In this document: positions 60,422 to 64,000 of the stretch, in pieces
Numbering within the stretch: position 1 is the stretch's first letter
How the letters are laid out: each line of letters starts with the position of its first letter
Source of the DNA: Macrostomum hystrix
Lineage: Eukaryota; Animalia; Platyhelminthes
NCBI GenBank assembly: GCA_950097015.1
Contig: CATNEN010000008.1
Span: 2,666,001 to 2,730,000 of the forward strand
Length of the DNA: 64,000 bases
Reading direction: 5' to 3'
Translations under genes and position numbers: made by a program
The notes under the pieces: model-generated
Databases searched by the model: none
What the model was told of the DNA's origin: nothing
The model's input: only the letters and a program-made list of their open reading frames with translations

Positions 60422-61565
60422 TCAAAACTGTATTAGCTGGGCCTCATTAGATTGCTGCTGCTGCTGCTGCGGCGGCTGCTGCTGCTGCGGCTGCGGCTGC
60501 TGTGGCGGTGGAGGCGGCAGCTGCTGCTGTGGCTGCAAGCTGTGAGCCATGGCTTGCATGGAATAGGCATCCGATGGTTGACTGTAGGGTGTGTATTGCT
60601 GCTGCGGCAACGGCTGCTGCTGCTGCTGCTGCTGTGGCGGCATCGACATAGGAGCAGTTGAATAATGAACGTCAGAATTTGGCGGAAACTGCTGCTGCTG
60701 CTGCTGAGGCTGATGGTACACATACTGGCTAGTGACATCGGTTGGGGGCAGCATGTAGCCACTGGTGGGTACACCTGGCTGCTGCTGCTGCTGCTGCTGC
60801 TGCTGCAGATAACCAGGCGGATACTGGATAGCGTAGCCGCCAGTTGTAGCAGTGGGAAAGCTGCCCTGCTGAGCCGGCTGCGGGGCGAATTGTTGCAGAT
60901 AGGCGCCGCTAGAATAGGGAAATTGCACCTTGTACTGCTCCATAGCCTGGCGATGCTTCTGAGCCTCCATGCGCATCTCGAATTCGCGTCGCTGAGCTTC
61001 CATTTGCTGCATCTGCAGCTGGCGCTGGTACTCCATGTACTCCTGCGTTGAAATAAAAATCGTTTCTAGCAACTAATTGCACAATAGAAAGATGACGAGG
61101 CCATTTAAATTCTAATAAAAGGCATAGTTACTCCCGCCGTCTACTTTTCAGATCGACAAGGCTCACATGTTTCTTCTGCCGCATCTCCTCCAATTTGCGC
61201 ATCATCTGGGCGAATCTCTGCTTCTCTCGCTCCTGCTGCTCGGCCCGCCGACGCTGCTCGTGCTCCTCACGAAGGGCGTTCAACGCCTCGCGAGCGTCGC
61301 GCAGCCGGGCCAGCTTGTCCTGCTGCTCCTCCATGACATTGCGGCGGGCTTCCACTCGGTTCATGTGCTCAATGAGCTGCGGATGCATCTGGTTGAGGGT
61401 CATGAACAGCGTCTGGACAGTGCCATCTGCGGCTACGCTTCGGCCGCGCACACTGTCCGCCTTCATCCGATTGACGAAAATCTCGATGCTGCTGGCCAGG
61501 GCGCGTAGGAACTCTTCGCGCGGCGCCGCGTCTTCGTCTTTGCCGAGGCCGCCGTTGGACTCGCC
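60422..61565 (-). CDS. HGS: Hepatocyte growth factor-regulated tyrosine kinase substrate (Hrs, ESCRT-0), last two coding exons; VHS/FYVE/UIM exons lie beyond the right edge
   Basis: Exons 61565-61167 and 61042-60422 (phase 0). EEFLRALASSIEIFVNRMKADSVRGRSVAADGTVQTLFMTLNQMHPQL..QDKLARLRDAREALNALREEH..KLEEMRQKKHEYME matches the Hrs helical/coiled-coil region. It is followed by a Q/P-rich tail ending NEAQLIQF (human: SEAQLISFD). Confidence 0.93.
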
Positions 61566-61684
61566 CTGTGAGGTGTTTAATCAGAAGAATTGTGGAATAA
61601 AAGAGGGCGGGGGTAAAACTAGCTTAGCCTATGCCAATTTGGCGGCGAGTTTATATAAATAGGAGACGAGCTTTGGCAGCTAGC

Positions 61685-61805
61685 CTATGAACATTGGGCG
61701 CCAAGCCTATGCACATTGGTGGCTTGCATATGTACATTTGCGGCTTGCATATGTACATTGGCGGCTAGCCTATGTACATTGGCGGCTTGCATTTGTACAT
61801 TGGCA
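61685..61805. repeat. Short minisatellite, 21-bp unit TATGTACATTGGCGGCTTGCA
   Basis: Directly visible; in an HGS intron. Confidence 0.88.
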
Positions 61806-62639
61806 AGTCTATGGTGACTTATCGTGAGGCGCACATTTGATATCTAGCGCAATCCGCATATAACCATAACCATTTATCTACACGAGGGTTAGAAACCCAA
61901 ACCTAGTATTTAACATTCCACACCTAGCCTCTTAGAAACACAAAAACTGTATATTTGCATGCAATACTAGACCTAAAATATGACGCATTAAACTTTTTGC
62001 AAAACGCGCACCTTCCTAAAAAATACTTATACTTATCTAGGCTTATTTTATAAGATTATTTTTAATAGACACAAAAAGTTGCTGCATTCTTGGCATTTGT
62101 TTGCCAAATATAAACTCCCTAAACTTTACCATGGTTAGCTGGCTAGCTTACACTCTCTGAATAGTGCGCAGTGTAAATCAATACATCAGGCAGCATTTAG
62201 CAATTACACAAGCCCCAATGATTGTGGATTTAGGGATGGCAGGCAGGAGGGAGGAGATAAATTATCCCACCCCTTAACTGCGCATCCGGATTCCCATTGC
62301 CAGATAATTGCCAGGCCGGACTACATTGCGCCAGAGAGCAGACTTCGTGATGGGACTCGCGGCTTGGGATTAATACAAATCGGCCTAGTATCTCTCGAAT
62401 TCTCGCCGAACCGCTAGAAGTACCAACCAGACGACACCCAGTGCTCGGACCCATTTTCTGGGATCTGAGAGCACTAGCGATTTACTCTCTGGACTAGAGT
62501 TTCCCTACTGCAAAGCGGCTTTCGCGCAACAGTGCACTTATAATATTTCTAGAATAACCAGTAGGGCATTCTGAAGATTTAGAACACTAATCCTTTATCA
62601 TCACAGAACCCAAAGGGGGAATCTTTGACCTGAAGTCAA

Positions 62640-63090
62640 CTACCCAGAACCTGAAGGCGAATACCGACATGAAAAAATCTACACAGAACCTAAAACAATC
62701 TACACAGAACCTGAAACAATCTACCCACAGCCTGAAACAATCTACCCACAGCCTGAAACTATCTATCCAGAACCTGAAACAATCTACCCAGAGCCTAAAA
62801 CAATCTACCCACAGCCTGAAGCAATCTATCCAGAACCTGAAACAATCTACCCAGAGCCTGAAACAATCTACCCACAGCCTAAAACAATCTACCCACAGCC
62901 TGAAACAATCTACCCACAGCCTGAAACAATCTATCCAGAACCTGAAACAATCTATCCAGAACCTGAAACAATCTATCCAGAACCTGAAACAATCGACTTA
63001 AAGTCAGAAAAAATTTACGTTAAATCTGAACTGAGCTACGCAGAACCTGAAGCAGTCTACCAATTCACTGAAACAATCTACTCATAATCT
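62640..63090. repeat. Minisatellite, 21-bp unit CTACCCACAGCCTGAAACAAT with degenerate flanks
   Basis: Directly visible; presumably inside an HGS intron. Confidence 0.92.
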
Positions 63091-64000
63091 GAAGGCAAAA
63101 ACCGTCGTTGGAAACGATCTGCTAAGGAACAATAAAGCATTCATCCCGGACATTAGGGCGAACGAAGGCCTGAAAGTGAAGAATTGAAAAAATCTACCTT
63201 AAACCTGAAGGTGAATCCAACCCCAAAGGTAAAAATCTGCCATTCTAAAGCCAAACTCAACCGGAAGATAAATCAGCTTTTGTGTTACAAGTGTTCAATT
63301 TTTCTGTCCGTTCGAAACCAAACATAAAGCGAAATCTGCACAAGTGTAGCAGCCAGCAATGCAACTGCATCTGCACAGGAAGTGGCGTCTTCGCAAATGA
63401 TCGATTGCGCAAGTTTTACAAGCCAAAAGCAAAGATAAAGAACAGGAAAATGTTGACTTGCTTCGCTTACTAATAGCTTTAGTATTTAGATCCTAGATTA
63501 TAATACTAATTATACACTCGCAATTGCTATTATTTTAAGAACCACTACAAAAGCAGTTTTTTGTTGGCTGTACCATTCCTACCACTGACTAGGAGGTCAG
63601 CGGTAGAGCGGACTAGCGCGATTGCATCTCGCACCAAGGTCCCTGAGACCGATTCCGCGGCGAGGCCACATTCATTTGGGGCGCAGCCGCGTAGAGAAAG
63701 GCTTTGGGGGGGGCTTGCCGTGCAATTTACGCCCATGAGGGCCAACCTCCAAGGCGCAGCGCACTTCCTGACGATGAGAAAGTCGTGTGCCTGCGTACGG
63801 CATCTGTGTGCGTGTGTGCTCAGGAGGCAGCGAAATGAGCAGAATTGCCTCCTCGCTGACTGCGGGTCTAGTGTCACTTAATTAATGACACAAATTGGTT
63901 CCCTGAGATTCGAACTCTTGACCATTTAGAATATTCTTCAGTCAATCGAATTGTGTGCTCCGGAAAAAGAAGTCACGAAACTCGCCAACTGTGTCCCCGA

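Noticed and set aside
58075-60422. Operon-like co-transcription of HGS and the downstream beta-rich gene
   Set aside because: They share a strand, but the gap is about 2.3 kb with repeats, and nothing in the sequence alone supports polycistronic processing.
63890-63935. tRNA or SINE on the minus strand (GAGTTCGAATCTC B-box)
   Set aside because: Only a B-box with a 3-bp stem; no cloverleaf or A-box can be built. At most a SINE remnant.

Overview
Eukaryotic (metazoan) genomic DNA with GC-rich spliced exons in AT-rich introns and intergenic DNA. It resembles a free-living flatworm such as Macrostomum, but that is inference from style only. Eight protein-coding loci were reconstructed by hand from splice signals and recognisable homology. 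In order: the first coding exon of a PIP4K2 kinase (- strand, runs off the left edge); a 12-exon divergent SLC18/VMAT-type vesicular transporter (+); a 5-exon BNIP2/caytaxin-type BCH-domain protein with a myristoylation motif and AKAP-like helices (-); a 7-finger C2H2 protein (-); a TENT5/FAM46 poly(A) polymerase (+); an unknown single-pass membrane protein (+); an unknown two-repeat beta-rich protein (-); and the 3' exons of HGS/Hrs (-, 5' part beyond the right edge). About 22 kb (roughly a third of the window, hand estimate) consists of about 24 minisatellite arrays, mostly with unrelated units of 16-37 bp, in introns or spacers. These explain nearly all the long ORFs in the track. There is also one clean hAT MITE with an 8-bp TSD and a CCA-tailed 3' tRNA fragment. 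No CRISPR, rRNA or prokaryotic system was seen. All exon coordinates were read by eye and are unverified by RNA data; residue numbers of human homologues are from memory.
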